Below, in pieces: positions 12,896-25,551 of a stretch of DNA of 44,239 bases (position 1 is its first letter; each line of letters starts with the position of its first letter). The notes beneath the pieces are model-generated. The model was not told where the DNA came from. It did not search any database and saw only the letters and a list, made by a program, of their open reading frames with translations. Made by a program: the position numbers and the translations under genes. This DNA is from Octopus bimaculoides (Eukaryota), in the NCBI RefSeq assembly GCF_001194135.2, contig NC_068982.1:36593298-36637536 (forward strand). The letters run 5' to 3'.

Positions 12896-13149
12896 TATAT
12901 GTCATATTTGCTTGTATGAAACTGTTGTGATATAGAATTGAATCCTGATGCACTGATTTCTCAGTAACCCAGAGAAGCTATAACCAACACACTGTAATAT
13001 AAATATATATTTTTCAGGAAACTGTTTCCTATATGAGCAACATTGAAATACCATAGAATATTTAATGGAGGAGGATGCAGTTTGTCCAGTTTTCCTAGTT
13101 TCAATATCTTTTACTATTCTTCATTGATTTTGCCATAAAAAATATCATC

Positions 13150-13590
13150 AGGCATGGCTGTGTGGTTAGATGCTTGATTCCTAATCACATGGTTCTGGGT
13201 TCAGTCCCACTGGTGGCACCTTGGGCAAGTGTCTTCTACTATAGCCTTGGGCTGACCAAAGCTTTGTTAGTGGATTTGGTAGATGGCTTCTGAAAGAAGC
13301 CTACTGTATATATATGTGTAGTGGATTTGGTAGATGGCTTCTGAAAGAAGCCTATTGTATATATATATGTGTGCGTGTGTGTGTCTTTGTGTCTGTGTTT
13401 GTCCACCCATAGCCACTTGACAACTGGTTTTGGCATGTTTATATCCCTGTAACATAGCTGTTTGGCAAAAGAGACTAATAGAATAAATACCAGGCTTAAA
13501 AAATAAGTCCTGGGGTTAATTTGTTTGACTAAAAGGCAGTGCTCCAGCGTGGCTGCAGTCAAATGACTGAAACAAGTAAAAGAATAAAAG
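13150..13590 (+). mobile_element. tRNA-derived SINE (family A), full composite copy
   Basis: Head GGCATGGCTGTGTGGTTAG..GGGTTCAGTCCC, CORE-like CCTTGGGCAAGTG, internal TA/TG microsatellite, and tail ending GAAACAAGTAAAAGAATAAAAG. Carries an internal 51-bp duplication. Confidence 0.87.
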
Positions 13591-14969
13591 AAAGAATATA
13601 GAAGTTTCCATGAGCATCCGAACAAAAACTCTTCTGAAACAGATGTGAACAACAGAATGTTGAATAGAAGGACAAAAACAAAACCTTGATGAACATCCAA
13701 CTATTCATGGAATTATAAGCTTAGTCTTAGCTTCATTATGCTTTTATTTAATCGACTATACAACTTCCTTTCATTTACTGGATTTATGTTAAATTAAAAG
13801 AAATCAATATTTTGAGCAAATAATCAATAGAGGAGTAATGTGTTAAGTAGTATAAGTTAATTCTATAATTGTTTTAAAATATTTATTTTATAATATTCTT
13901 TCAGTTCATTGAGAATCCACATATGAACAATAATTGCATATATTAAAGAATATGAATGCAGATGTTCATAAAATTCATTATAGACACACATGCACAAACA
14001 CACACATATTATTTAAACTATATCATAAGTATAAATTCATATAAAGAGAAAGAAATCAAATCTTCAATGTTGAAGTCATAATATCTTGCTTTGATGAATA
14101 TATTTTACTGTTTCTTTATGACAAGACAAATATTTTGGTATTCATCTACAGGCATAAAGTACCAACACAAAAATAATAACATTAATTTTTTTTGTTAAAT
14201 GAATGAGCACATATAAACAGTAAGACATTGCTCAAGTAGAAATTCCATGGAGAACTGGATAGTTTTTTTCAGTGTAATTTCTTGAAACAAATAAAATCTC
14301 TGTCTTGAGAATAGCACACTAAAAGCATGCTGCTTTTTTGCCAAAAACACAAAGAGGAAAACATAGCATCCTGTAATTAGATCTTGCTTATCTTAAAAGA
14401 TACATACATCATTAGTACTCCAATTACATAATTTGATGGGTATTTCTAAAAATCATGTAACCACTAGGGAAATTTTATACTAAATAGATAAGTTGGCATA
14501 TTTGATTTATGGGAAGGTTTATTAAGATTATATTGTGCAGTAACATATTCTTGAGATTTTCGTTGAAATAAAAATGAAGGAATATAGAAGGATTAGACTT
14601 TTAACAAAGTGGTGGGGAAAAGAGTAATGCTGGGTACAAAATTGTTTGCTATTCTGAATAGATTATATGAGTAGCTGGCTGCATATCACCAACGAAATGG
14701 AAAAGCTAAATTACTATGGTTAGTAAACTTGTGTACCATGATCTTAGATACAGTATTTAGAAATGTCTCATTGATATCTCATTATCAAACATAAATCAAA
14801 TTATATTGCATAGTTTAGATTTAAAATGTAGATTTTTAAAGGCTGTGCATAATATGCATATCATTACATACTTATATAAGCTTTTATGAATACACTCTCA
14901 CATTCAGGAGTATACAATTACAGATACATACACACATAACAAATATCTATGAGTTTTTATGCATACATA

Positions 14970-15280
14970 TATCCCTGGACTAATTCATGGCTGGCCCCTT
15001 GGCAAAGCCTAACGCCAGGTAACCACACAAAGGTTACAATGAAATCATGGGATGCAGCATGGTGGATGTGAACTATTTCAGCTTATGCTTTTATTGAGTC
15101 GATGGTGGATATCACTAGATGTTGAGTGGATGAGCAATCAACAAACCAGGATCAACCAGTTCTGTTTGTGAACTACTGCTATCATCTGTAGTTGTAGCAT
15201 GCATAGATAAGACATTCAGCTATTGAAAGAGCAATGTGACTTATTGGTCTGGGCAAGTTGCCCGACTAGATGATGATGAT
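14970..15280 (+). mobile_element. Possible LINE 3' end with (GAT)n tail
   Basis: GC-richer block ending GACTAGATGATGATGATG. No clear protein motif recovered. Confidence 0.3.
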
Positions 15281-16094
15281 GCATACATATTTCTGTTTGA
15301 GCTTTCACAGATTTCAGTTTTATAATATTCATGTGTCATAGGATATTCAACTGTTCATCACCGTTACCCTTATATAAAATCAAAGGAGAGGAGAAATTAT
15401 AAAGGAAGTTATGTCTATCTTATAGAAGATTGCATATAAAATCAATTGTTGAAGCTTTAGTATATTTTTAGAAAATTTATCAGAATTTTGAGAAAAATCG
15501 AAAGCTCAGTATCATCATTTGTGCAAGTATGTAGCCTTGAAAATATGAAATTTATTACAAGAATTTGTATGACACTGTGTAAAATTTAAATGCATATGCT
15601 TTGTTTATGGTAACGAATGAAAGGAGCTTTGTTAGATATTAAGTTACCAAACTAATGAAAATCTTGTAGCCCTTTATAAAGTTTGAAATATTGTGTTATC
15701 CAAACAATTTCAGAGTATTTGTAGCAGTGAAATAGCTCACTAGCCCTATTACTGCTGAAAGTCAATATCAATTTATATAACAGTTTTTCAGTAATTTTGA
15801 AGGAATAACTCTTGTATTGGCAATTCTGGTAATGTATTGTCAATCAGATAATATAAGTAGTGTTGAAGTGTTACATCATGGTATGTCAGTAGAGTATTGG
15901 TCAACAAACCAAAAGCTATACAAATTTTATCCAGTCACTATCAATGTACTGTAGGCCCTCGACTTCTGATGATGTTGAAGGGGTGCTATCATAACATGTG
16001 GTGTGTTTTGAAAATTTATAAATCTGATAGAGCTTATTCTTCTCCAGATCTAACCATAGCAGATTTTATTTTATTTTTCTAAAGTGAGAGAGAA

Positions 16095-16250
16095 AAATTA
16101 ATTCTTGTACTGGACTGTTATTTTATCAGTCCCAAGTAGATGAAAAGCAAAGTTGATTTCTGTGGGATTTGAACTCAGACTTTATAAAGTCAGAACAAAT
16201 ACCTCAAGGCATTCTATTCAATGCTTCTAGGACTGTCAATTCACTGTCTC
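16095..16250 (-). mobile_element. SINE family B, degraded
   Basis: GATGAAAAGCAAAGTTGATTTCTGTGGGATTTGAACTCAGA matches 3940-3980. Confidence 0.6.
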
Positions 16251-17521
16251 AAAACCTAAAACAGGAAACATTTGCTGGTCTTGTTTTCCCTTCATCACAT
16301 TATTTATCTCTCATTCTAATTAACTGGAATTCTGGTTATGTCAACTCCTTTAAAAAAATAGTTCTTTTTGCTTCGATTTTGAGTTGTTGCCTTTATGTTT
16401 GGGATAGTGAAGCATTGTTTGATAATTTTTACCCCTTTTTAATATGGCTGTAGTCTAGATTAACTTAGATTATCATGCACACAACTTTAGGTATGCTAGA
16501 GCTTCAGTTTGTTAAAAGATATTGTGAGGCAATCCAGTTCACAACTGTAAGATGATAGTATAACTGAAGAAGCAGATGTGTTTTGAGCTCAAATCCTCAA
16601 ATAAATAAAATGATTTATCAAAACTTCCAAATTAAATAAAATATCTAGTCTATCATATAAGGTCTTCAGCCACTGTTGAATAGAAAGTGTTTTTTGAACC
16701 AAAATTCACTGTAAATTGGAAACTCCAAGGCTGAGCTTTCATAGACTTTTTTGAGTTAATATATTTATTTTATTGATCAATCAAAAAGGAAATATATATA
16801 TATATTTGAAATTAGAATTTGAGACACATAAAAGTGTTTTTTGGTCTTATTAGCATTAGGTTTCAACTTCACTAGAACCAGTTCAGGCATATGACTGAAG
16901 CCATATTGACTCTAAAAAAAATGTAGTAAATTCACTTTCATAAATGACAATTATACTTACAACAAATACCATTCATTATGTTTTGTTTGCATTTGTTGGG
17001 TGATCACTGGATATTTAAGATTGTAATCATTTGATGATGAGGTAATTAGGTCAGCTGACAGCAGCCATAAAATGTGAAGAAGCCTACTTCATCAAGGAAA
17101 TTATTTGTATGTACGCATATGTGTCTCTATGGAAGAGAGAAAGAGATGTAGGGGAAGAAAACAGTAGTCTATCTGTTAGTCATTAAAGCTAAGTCACAAG
17201 AAAACATGAGTAATGACCAAAACCTAGAAGCAGTAAAGTTTGGAGTTGATCCTTGTCTAAGTCTGGGTGTCTATTAATGTTAGTACACATTGTTGAAGCA
17301 GCAAATATTTTCTACCTACTTTGGTTGTCTTTTTATTATTCTCAGCACTACTGATGAGCTAGTCAGCTACTAAATAGCTTTAACTGTATCAGACAAGATT
17401 AGATTTAATTCTTCTGCCACTATTAGAAGAGAATTTCTCTTTGTGTATATGTAGATCTCTGTCTGTTTAACAAATTACATACGTACATACAAACATGCAT
17501 ACATATATATATACATATATG

Positions 17522-17577
<56 letters not shown>

Positions 17578-17670
17578 AGGTTGAGGAGGGTATTAGATTT
17601 AACCAAACCCAAAAGGATACAGGTAATAGATTTGTGTGTGCATATATATATATGAATATATATATATATA

Positions 17671-18282
17671 NNNNNNNNNNNNNNNNNNNNNNNNNNNNNN
17701 NNNNNNNNNNNNNNNNNNNNNNNNNNNNNNNNNNNNNNNNNNNNNNNNNNNNNNNNNNNNNNNNNNNNNNNNNNNNNNNNNNNNNNNNNNNNNNNNNNNN
17801 NNNNNNNNNNNNNNNNNNNNNNNNNNNNNNNNNNNNNNNNNNNNNNNNNNNNNNNNNNNNNNNNNNNNNNNNNNNNNNNNNNNNNNNNNNNNNNNNNNNN
17901 NNNNNNNNNNNNNNNNNNNNNNNNNNNNNNNNNNNNNNNNNNNNNNNNNNNNNNNNNNNNNNNNNNNNNNNNNNNNNNNNNNNNNNNNNNNNNNNNNNNN
18001 NNNNNNNNNNNNNNNNNNNNNNNNNNNNNNNNNNNNNNNNNNNNNNNNNNNNNNNNNNNNNNNNNNNNNNNNNNNNNNNNNNNNNNNNNNNNNNNNNNNN
18101 NNNNNNNNNNNNNNNNNNNNNNNNNNNNNNNNNNNNNNNNNNNNNNNNNNNNNNNNNNNNNNNNNNNNNNNNNNNNNNNNNNNNNNNNNNNNNNNNNNNN
18201 NNNNNNNNNNNNNNNNNNNNNNNNNNNNNNNNNNNNNNNNNNNNNNNNNNNNNNNNNNNNNNNNNNNNNNNNNNNNNNNNNN
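17671..18282. other. Assembly gap (N)
   Basis: N run. Confidence 1.
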
Positions 18283-19092
18283 AATAAATATTCGTATATG
18301 TCAAAATTCTTTATTTATTTAATTTCTAATGAACATAAATGGGATATACCAATACTATATTTGCATACACATACATAAACTGAGAATATGCAAAAGAAAT
18401 TAATAAATTATAGTAACTAATGAATTTATATACAAATATAAATATTTAGGGGTGAAAAAAGTATTCGTACAGAACATAAATAACTGATAATTCTGATTTA
18501 ATACTTCGTAGCATAACCATTATTCAGTTCCGCTTCAACCAATCTCTTCTTGTAGTTCTTAATCAATGACTCACAAGTTTCTTTAGGAATTTTTTTCCAT
18601 TCTTCTTGACAAATTTTCTTCAAATCTGGAATGCACATTGGGGCTCTTGAATGAATTATAATTTTCAAATAACGCCACAAATTCTAAATGGGGTTCAAGT
18701 CAGGTGACTGACTTGTCCATTCTAATAATTTTATATTGTGACTGACAATCCGTTTTTGGTAGACTTCGCCGTGTGCTTAGGGTCGTTATCCTGTTGTAAA
18801 ACCCACCCTTCACAAAGCTGGAGCTTTTCTACCGAGTCCCATAAATTATTGTTCAAAATATTTTGGTACATCTCTGCATTCATTCTACCATCTATCACAT
18901 GTAAAGTGCCAGTGCCATTTGCAGAGAAACACCCCTACACAATGATGTTGCCACCTCCAAACTTTACAGTAGGAATTGTGTTTTTCGGCGAATAGGTGGT
19001 ACCATCTTTCCTCCAAACATGGCTACGCGAATTTCATCCAAACAATTCAATTTTCGACTCCAAAGAACATTTTCCCAGAATGTATCAGATTT
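18283..19092 (-). mobile_element. Tc1 transposon (DD34E) 3' half, pseudogenised
   Basis: [86 protein letters not shown]. With one frameshift corrected, 34 residues separate the second Asp from the Glu position, which is now TAG. The 5' half lies in the gap. Confidence 0.92.
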
Positions 19093-20057
19093 NNNNNNNN
19101 NNNNNNNNNNNNNNNNNNNNNNNNNNNNNNNNNNNNNNNNNNNNNNNNNNNNNNNNNNNNNNNNNNNNNNNNNNNNNNNNNNNNNNNNNNNNNNNNNNNN
19201 NNNNNNNNNNNNNNNNNNNNNNNNNNNNNNNNNNNNNNNNNNNNNNNNNNNNNNNNNNNNNNNNNNNNNNNNNNNNNNNNNNNNNNNNNNNNNNNNNNNN
19301 NNNNNNNNNNNNNNNNNNNNNNNNNNNNNNNNNNNNNNNNNNNNNNNNNNNNNNNNNNNNNNNNNNNNNNNNNNNNNNNNNNNNNNNNNNNNNNNNNNNN
19401 NNNNNNNNNNNNNNNNNNNNNNNNNNNNNNNNNNNNNNNNNNNNNNNNNNNNNNNNNNNNNNNNNNNNNNNNNNNNNNNNNNNNNNNNNNNNNNNNNNNN
19501 NNNNNNNNNNNNNNNNNNNNNNNNNNNNNNNNNNNNNNNNNNNNNNNNNNNNNNNNNNNNNNNNNNNNNNNNNNNNNNNNNNNNNNNNNNNNNNNNNNNN
19601 NNNNNNNNNNNNNNNNNNNNNNNNNNNNNNNNNNNNNNNNNNNNNNNNNNNNNNNNNNNNNNNNNNNNNNNNNNNNNNNNNNNNNNNNNNNNNNNNNNNN
19701 NNNNNNNNNNNNNNNNNNNNNNNNNNNNNNNNNNNNNNNNNNNNNNNNNNNNNNNNNNNNNNNNNNNNNNNNNNNNNNNNNNNNNNNNNNNNNNNNNNNN
19801 NNNNNNNNNNNNNNNNNNNNNNNNNNNNNNNNNNNNNNNNNNNNNNNNNNNNNNNNNNNNNNNNNNNNNNNNNNNNNNNNNNNNNNNNNNNNNNNNNNNN
19901 NNNNNNNNNNNNNNNNNNNNNNNNNNNNNNNNNNNNNNNNNNNNNNNNNNNNNNNNNNNNNNNNNNNNNNNNNNNNNNNNNNNNNNNNNNNNNNNNNNNN
20001 NNNNNNNNNNNNNNNNNNNNNNNNNNNNNNNNNNNNNNNNNNNNNNNNNNNNNNNNN
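19093..20057. other. Assembly gap (N)
   Basis: N run. Confidence 1.
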
Positions 20058-20179
20058 ATATATGTATAAGAAGGAAAAGAAAATGGAGATTGAGAAGTTA
20101 ATAATTGTTTATCATTAACAGCAAATTAATCATCATCCCTTACAGCTGTTTCAATTAATACTCGGTAAATATTAAGTAA

Positions 20180-20725
20180 ATATTAAATTTATATGACCTG
20201 AGCATAATATCTTCAAAGGGAAAAAGATATACCTCATCCATGCTTCATGTACAAACCTGGCTAGTGTCGTATTCCAATAGCTGAAGAGAGATCGGTTATA
20301 TCTCTATTGCTTGCAAAGGGAAGCACTTTGCAAATTCAAGGTATGATCCAGTAGGCATAATATAAGCCTCAAAGAGTGAATATTAATAAGGCATCTACAA
20401 TATTCTTAATGTCTAATTTCTCAGTGATTGGACACATTAAAGCTCAGATGTCTGGCAATTGACTTGGTATACACCCACAAGATTATTCATCATCTTTCTA
20501 ACAATGTCCATGGACACCTCTTTGAATTCCATATGTCAAACACTCATGGAAATGCTTGCAAAATCAAAAAGCAACACTGCACCCATGACTTTTGGAAATT
20601 GTTTTTCACACTCAAAATTGATGAAGCATGGGATAAACTCTCTGCATTAGTTCTTAACTGTCAAGGTACTACATCCTTCAAAACTTCAATGCTTCCTGAA
20701 ATTCACCAACAGTACACCTGATGCC
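20180..20725 (+). mobile_element. CR1-clade LINE RT C-terminus
   Basis: LDTLKLRCLAIDLVYTHKII..NTHGNACKIKKQ..FFTLKIDEAWDKL..TSFK resembles L..RR...DL...YKI..TRGH..KL..FF..RV...WN.L..FK. Confidence 0.78.
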
Positions 20726-21084
20726 ACTGTTTCCTTTTTTTGTAATACACCTGAGCACTGTTTACAACAATTTCATAATTATTTTAATTTAAATGAGGTA
20801 AAAAGAATTCAAATTGATGTCACAATGAAATGATTGTAATATTGAATTCTCTTTTGCTCATTTAAATAACACACACATGCACGCGTGCACACACACACAC
20901 ACACACCCACATACATATGTGCATGTGGGGTGAGGTGTATATGAATAAATATGTATGTGTGTGTGTGTGTGTGTCTAAAATATATGTATGTATATGTATG
21001 TATATACATATTTGGGAACAGAACAAACACAAGGGAAAACAAGAAGGCAAATAGGAGAAACAACAAACATGTTCAGGTAGATGC

Positions 21085-21811
21085 AGCAATGAAATAGGAC
21101 ATTCAATAAAACCACTAGCAATGCTAATAACAGCTCAAGTGTGGGCACAGCAGTGACTATATGTCAAGATTAGATGGTCCTCACTCATGCCTCTCTCTAT
21201 ATTCATGACTATAACTCCTACCAAGTACTATAGTGTAGCAGGCTAGTCCTGTCTTCAGCAATGTTACTGACCAAAAACTGGCCCAAAAAAGAAAAATGCT
21301 AAGAGGCAACATGATATTGCAGGTCATGTAATCACACAACCATTTCAGGTCTTGCTGGACATAAACTGCCATTAGGACTTGTACTTGATGTCCTCATGCA
21401 CCACATACCTGATAGTAGGCTCCACTACCTTGGTGATAGCTCTCATTGACCAGCTGAGATTGTCTGTGCTAGACCTGTTGGAGGAACTTGGTCATTTTGA
21501 CAATGCCTGACCATCACAGAAGGCACATTCTTGCTTGAAGCTTTCAGCACTTCCCCAGTGTTGAATATGAAGGATCAGGCTACATTCAAGAAGCTGTAAA
21601 TCTCTAACTTGCTGTGGCTGGTGACTAGGGCCAGGAGCATGGTCTGCCCTTTCATTTTTGTGTTATATTGGAATTTGCTATACTGATGCCATCAATATAT
21701 CTGAAAAGAAACGAGTGAGTTAAAATTTGGCACAAACCTTGTAATATTGCACTAGATCATCTTCTATTTAAGGCTTACTAAAGTTTGTTTATAAATTCTT
21801 GGCACATCCTG
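21085..21811 (-). mobile_element. Degraded, internally deleted maT/DD37D-like Tc1-mariner transposon
   Basis: Minus-strand remnants: MKGQTMLLALVTSHSKLEIYSFLNVA, SMRAITKVVEPTIRYVVHEDIKYKS..QFMS, MSEDHLI..AVISIASGFIE. A TA|CAGGATGTGCC terminus sits at 21811. The other TIR was not found. The subfamily call rests on motif recall. Confidence 0.6.
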
Positions 21812-22369
21812 TATATGTGTTACATGTGTGTGTATGTGAGTGGGCATCTGTTAAGCTATTTATGTATCTATGTATTCATGTATGTATATGTGCTAAAGTG
21901 ACAGTAGAAACATTTCTTTTCCAAATAAAACAATGATAATTAGCCCTCAGAATCAGATATATTTCAAGCAAACAGAAAATAAATATGCTTTCAATTAGAA
22001 AGATAAATGAGGAAAAAACTCATTTTATGGATAACTTTAAAAACATTCAGTATAAGTAATGTGTTTCAGAAAAAAATACAGAATATACGGCATACTTAAA
22101 AGCTTATAATTTGGAGTAATCAGAGATTTACTAATATGAAAAAATGTGAGTTGATATATGAACACTACTTACACATAGACAAATATGTACAGATTTTCAC
22201 ACACTTACACATATGTATATATGTACAGATTTGCACAAACATAAAAATAATATCACATTAGTTTGCATACACATGTACATACATAGAAAACATCCACAAG
22301 AAAGTGTATACAGCCCTAGTAGACCAATTACCAAGAAAATTCAGTTCATCTTATACAACTAATCTGGGG

Positions 22370-23450
22370 CGTGCTAATTATGAATTGCAAAGCATGGTGA
22401 AATGATTTACTATGATTCCAACAGATTAAGCATTGTTAGTTGTCAAATCCAGATTGGAGAAAGACTGAAGTCTCCAGAACACTCAAAAATACCAATTGAT
22501 AATATCACAGAGATACTAATACTGTTTTTAAGAAAGGTTACATTCCAAATTGTAAAAGAAATATATAAACAATACTAATGGATTCACCATTATCACAATA
22601 ATGGTTTTCATCTGTACACAATACTTTAAAGACTTAGCTCTTGAAAGTTTAAGACAGAAACCTACAGTTCAGTTACAATGCATGGATGACATCTTTGTTC
22701 TCAGATAACACTAAGATGTCCAAGTTCTTGTAGATCATATACACTTACTAAATACTTCAGTCCAGGAGAGGGAAAGCAATAACAAACTACCATTATTTTA
22801 TGTACTAGTGCAAATGACAAGTATCAGAATAAAAATGTACCATGAGCCAATAGCTACTTGACTCTTGTTACATTATGAATTTAACCATTCAAACAATCTT
22901 AAGGTAGGAATTGCTAACTGTCTCAAATATCAGGTAAAAACGACCTCCCTCAGTGTATTAGCTTATATAGAAGAAATGAATCATGCAAAGGTATATTTCT
23001 GAAAAACAAATAATGAGTCTCACTTGAAGTCCACAGTCGTTTTCAAGTGCAAAGTAATGATTATACTAAAATCTACTATAACTCTATCTTCTTATTAGTG
23101 TCTGAGAAAATTCAGAGAATCTGCAACAAATACACAGATAAGAACTGTGTCCAAAACTAATACCCTACTGTACAGATTCGGTCTTCAACCAAAGCTATTT
23201 TTGAACATAAGAATAGTAGCTATAATTTCCTATCCAATGCAGAAGGTCTTATATAGAAGAAACTAGGCAGTCTCTGAAGGTTAGAATAGAAAAATACCAG
23301 AACACTTTAAATGAGGAATGGCTAAAGGTACACAGGTCAAGATAAAAAACAACATGTCTTGATGGAATGAAATTTATTTAGCAGATAGGGAGTCAAAACA
23401 GAAACTAAGAAAGCTCAAAGAAATTAGTATGTCCTGTATTGTTATAATCT
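22370..23450 (+). mobile_element. Penelope-like element, old RT plus GIY-YIG remnant
   Basis: CMDDIFVL at 22679 (Y.DD motif), ERESNNKLPLFYVLVQ, LHYEFNHSNNLKVGIANCL, and RSYIEETRQSLKVRIEKYQN, which is homologous to 4100-4165. Confidence 0.8.
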
Positions 23451-23917
23451 CAATATGGTTTTCTTTACTGACGGATAAATATAAGTAACCTAACATTGTA
23501 TCAATAGCTGTACGTATACCAGTGGCTTAGCAGATTAATTATAAATAAAAATTCCAAGTTCAAACCCAGTTTGGGACTAAGACACCCATTGATGACTGTC
23601 TGATGGAACTGATTGAAGCATAACATAGATATATTATAAATAGCATTCAGCAGTAGTATACATATTGAACCAGTCTGTATTGAATTTACAGATGAAACTA
23701 TTAGCAAGCATTATAAATAATGTTTCTTTGATTTGTCAGGATTTCCATTGGAACTCAATTATAAAAATTCCATAGTAATATATTTTCATTGTTGTATCAT
23801 ATATATTCAGCAATTGTAAACATATACTTTAAAGATGAGACTAACATTAAAAAATTATAATTTTAATGAATATTTTCCAACATATGTACCTCATTGGAAA
23901 ATAAAATTTTATGAACA

Positions 23918-24072
23918 GGAGTGGCTGTGTGGTAAGAAGCTTGCTTCCCAACCACATGGTTCCAGGTTCAGTCCCACTGCATGGTACCTTGAGCAAGTGT
24001 CTTCTACTATAGCCTCAGGCTAACCAAAGCTTTGTGAGAGGATTTGGTAGACAGAAACTGAAAGAAGCCTGT

Positions 24073-24133
<61 letters not shown>

Positions 24134-24333
24134 TTGTGTTTGTCCTCCCACCATCGTTTGACAACCGATGCAGGTGTGTTTATGTCCCCGTAACTTAATG
24201 GTTCGGCAAAAGAGACTGATAAAATAAGTACTAGGCTTACTAAGAATAAGCCCTAGGATCGATTTGTTCAACTAAAGGGCGGTGCTCCAGCATGGCCACA
24301 GTCAAATGACTGAAACGAGTAAAAGAATAAAAG
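23918..24333 (+). mobile_element. tRNA-derived SINE (family A), full composite copy
   Basis: GGCTGTGTGGTAAGAAGCTTGCTTCCCAACCACATGGTTCCAGGTTCAGTCCC, CCTTGAGCAAGTG, TA/TG microsatellite, and the same tail as the 13150 copy. Confidence 0.88.
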
Positions 24334-25035
24334 AAACCTACTAGAAGAGAACAAATTATTTCTCTGGAGTCAAGAGAAATTATTTATTCACTGATAGTTC
24401 TTTTGTGATTCACAGTAATTCATAGTGCTGACTGAGGTTTATCATTATTTTTTATAGCATTATACAAATGAAAAATAAATCTCCTCTGGATAGGATATTG
24501 GTCTACCACATATAGCTTTTCCTGTCAGAAATATTGAACTTCAGACTACATATCAGCAAAATATCACTCATGTTGTCAATTAAAAGCTGAATGATTTTGA
24601 TTTTTAAGAGCTATGATTGCAAACTATATAGTTTGTGACCAGTGGCTTAGAGAGAACCAAATGCTGATAACTAAATAGGAAATGCAAACTTTCTCATTTG
24701 GTTGTATCCTTCTTCATTTAGCCATCTGCACTTGGTATCTTCAGTGATATGATGATCTTAATAATAATTATACCATAATCAAGTCATTAATTTAATTAAA
24801 CTACAATCCCTCAGTATTAAATCTAGGCCTTTAGTCTTTGCTTATTCATTCTATTTCCATAACTTCTGTTTTGATGGATTTGATGGGCACCAGATTCACC
24901 CATTTAAGAAAACAGTAGAATTTTTAGAAATATATATTTGGCAATCAGGACAGCATATGTGTGTGTGTATATCATCAGTGGATCATGTATTTAAAGATGA
25001 AGCACACTCTAAACATTAGAGCAGTAATGTATTTA

Positions 25036-25241
25036 CAAGAAGTTAATTATATGTCTGATCATAGAGTGACTAATGGTTTGCCATCCATAAAGTGGTTAGC
25101 TGTATAGTGACTTGTCAGGTTCCAATGGCCACAGACATACAATATGACCATTAGAGTCTGATGAGTTATCCATAAGACTAAGCACTTTATGGAAGCAAAA
25201 CTATTGGTCACTCTATGACCAGTCATATAATTAACTTCCTG
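25036..25241. mobile_element. Palindromic MITE-like element flanked by TA
   Basis: 25030-25099 matches the reverse complement of 25178-25247 at 61/70, and weaker pairing continues to the centre. Ends are TA|CA(A/G)GAAG..CTTCCTG|TA. Confidence 0.75.
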
Positions 25242-25276
25242 TAAATATATATCAGTCATAAGTTTAGTTCATCAAG

Positions 25277-25329
<53 letters not shown>

Positions 25330-25500
25330 AGAAGCACGGGTATAGCTTTGTAAATACAAAGTTTGCTTTGTTATCATATGGGCTCAAGTTCTGTATTATT
25401 GTGTGACATCTTGGGCAAGTATCTTCTTATGCAGCCTTGGACCAGCAATGCATTGTGAGTGGAATTGGTAGGTGGAAGCTGTTTAGAAGCTCATCATATA
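25330..25500 (+). mobile_element. SINE family A head, degraded
   Basis: TCTTGGGCAAGTATCTTC..GCATTGTGAGTGGAATTGGTAG matches family A. Confidence 0.55.
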
Positions 25501-25551
25501 ACATCAACATCCCCATTATTTTAACATCCACTTTTCTCTGCTTGTACAGGT

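Noticed and set aside
16025-16082. AYSSPDLTIADF, similar to mariner YSPDLAPxDF
   Set aside because: Isolated motif with no TIRs or other transposase residues.
17351-17375. CTGATGA-GCT-AGTC-AGC with a 3-bp stem
   Set aside because: No GAAA follows.
18738-18995. 85-aa plus-strand ORF
   Set aside because: Antisense shadow of the Tc1 transposase.
17423-20118. Longest ORFs in the track (228-380 aa), and similar ones at 25.4-27.0 kb and 36.4-36.8 kb
   Set aside because: They are open only because they run through N gaps and dinucleotide repeats.
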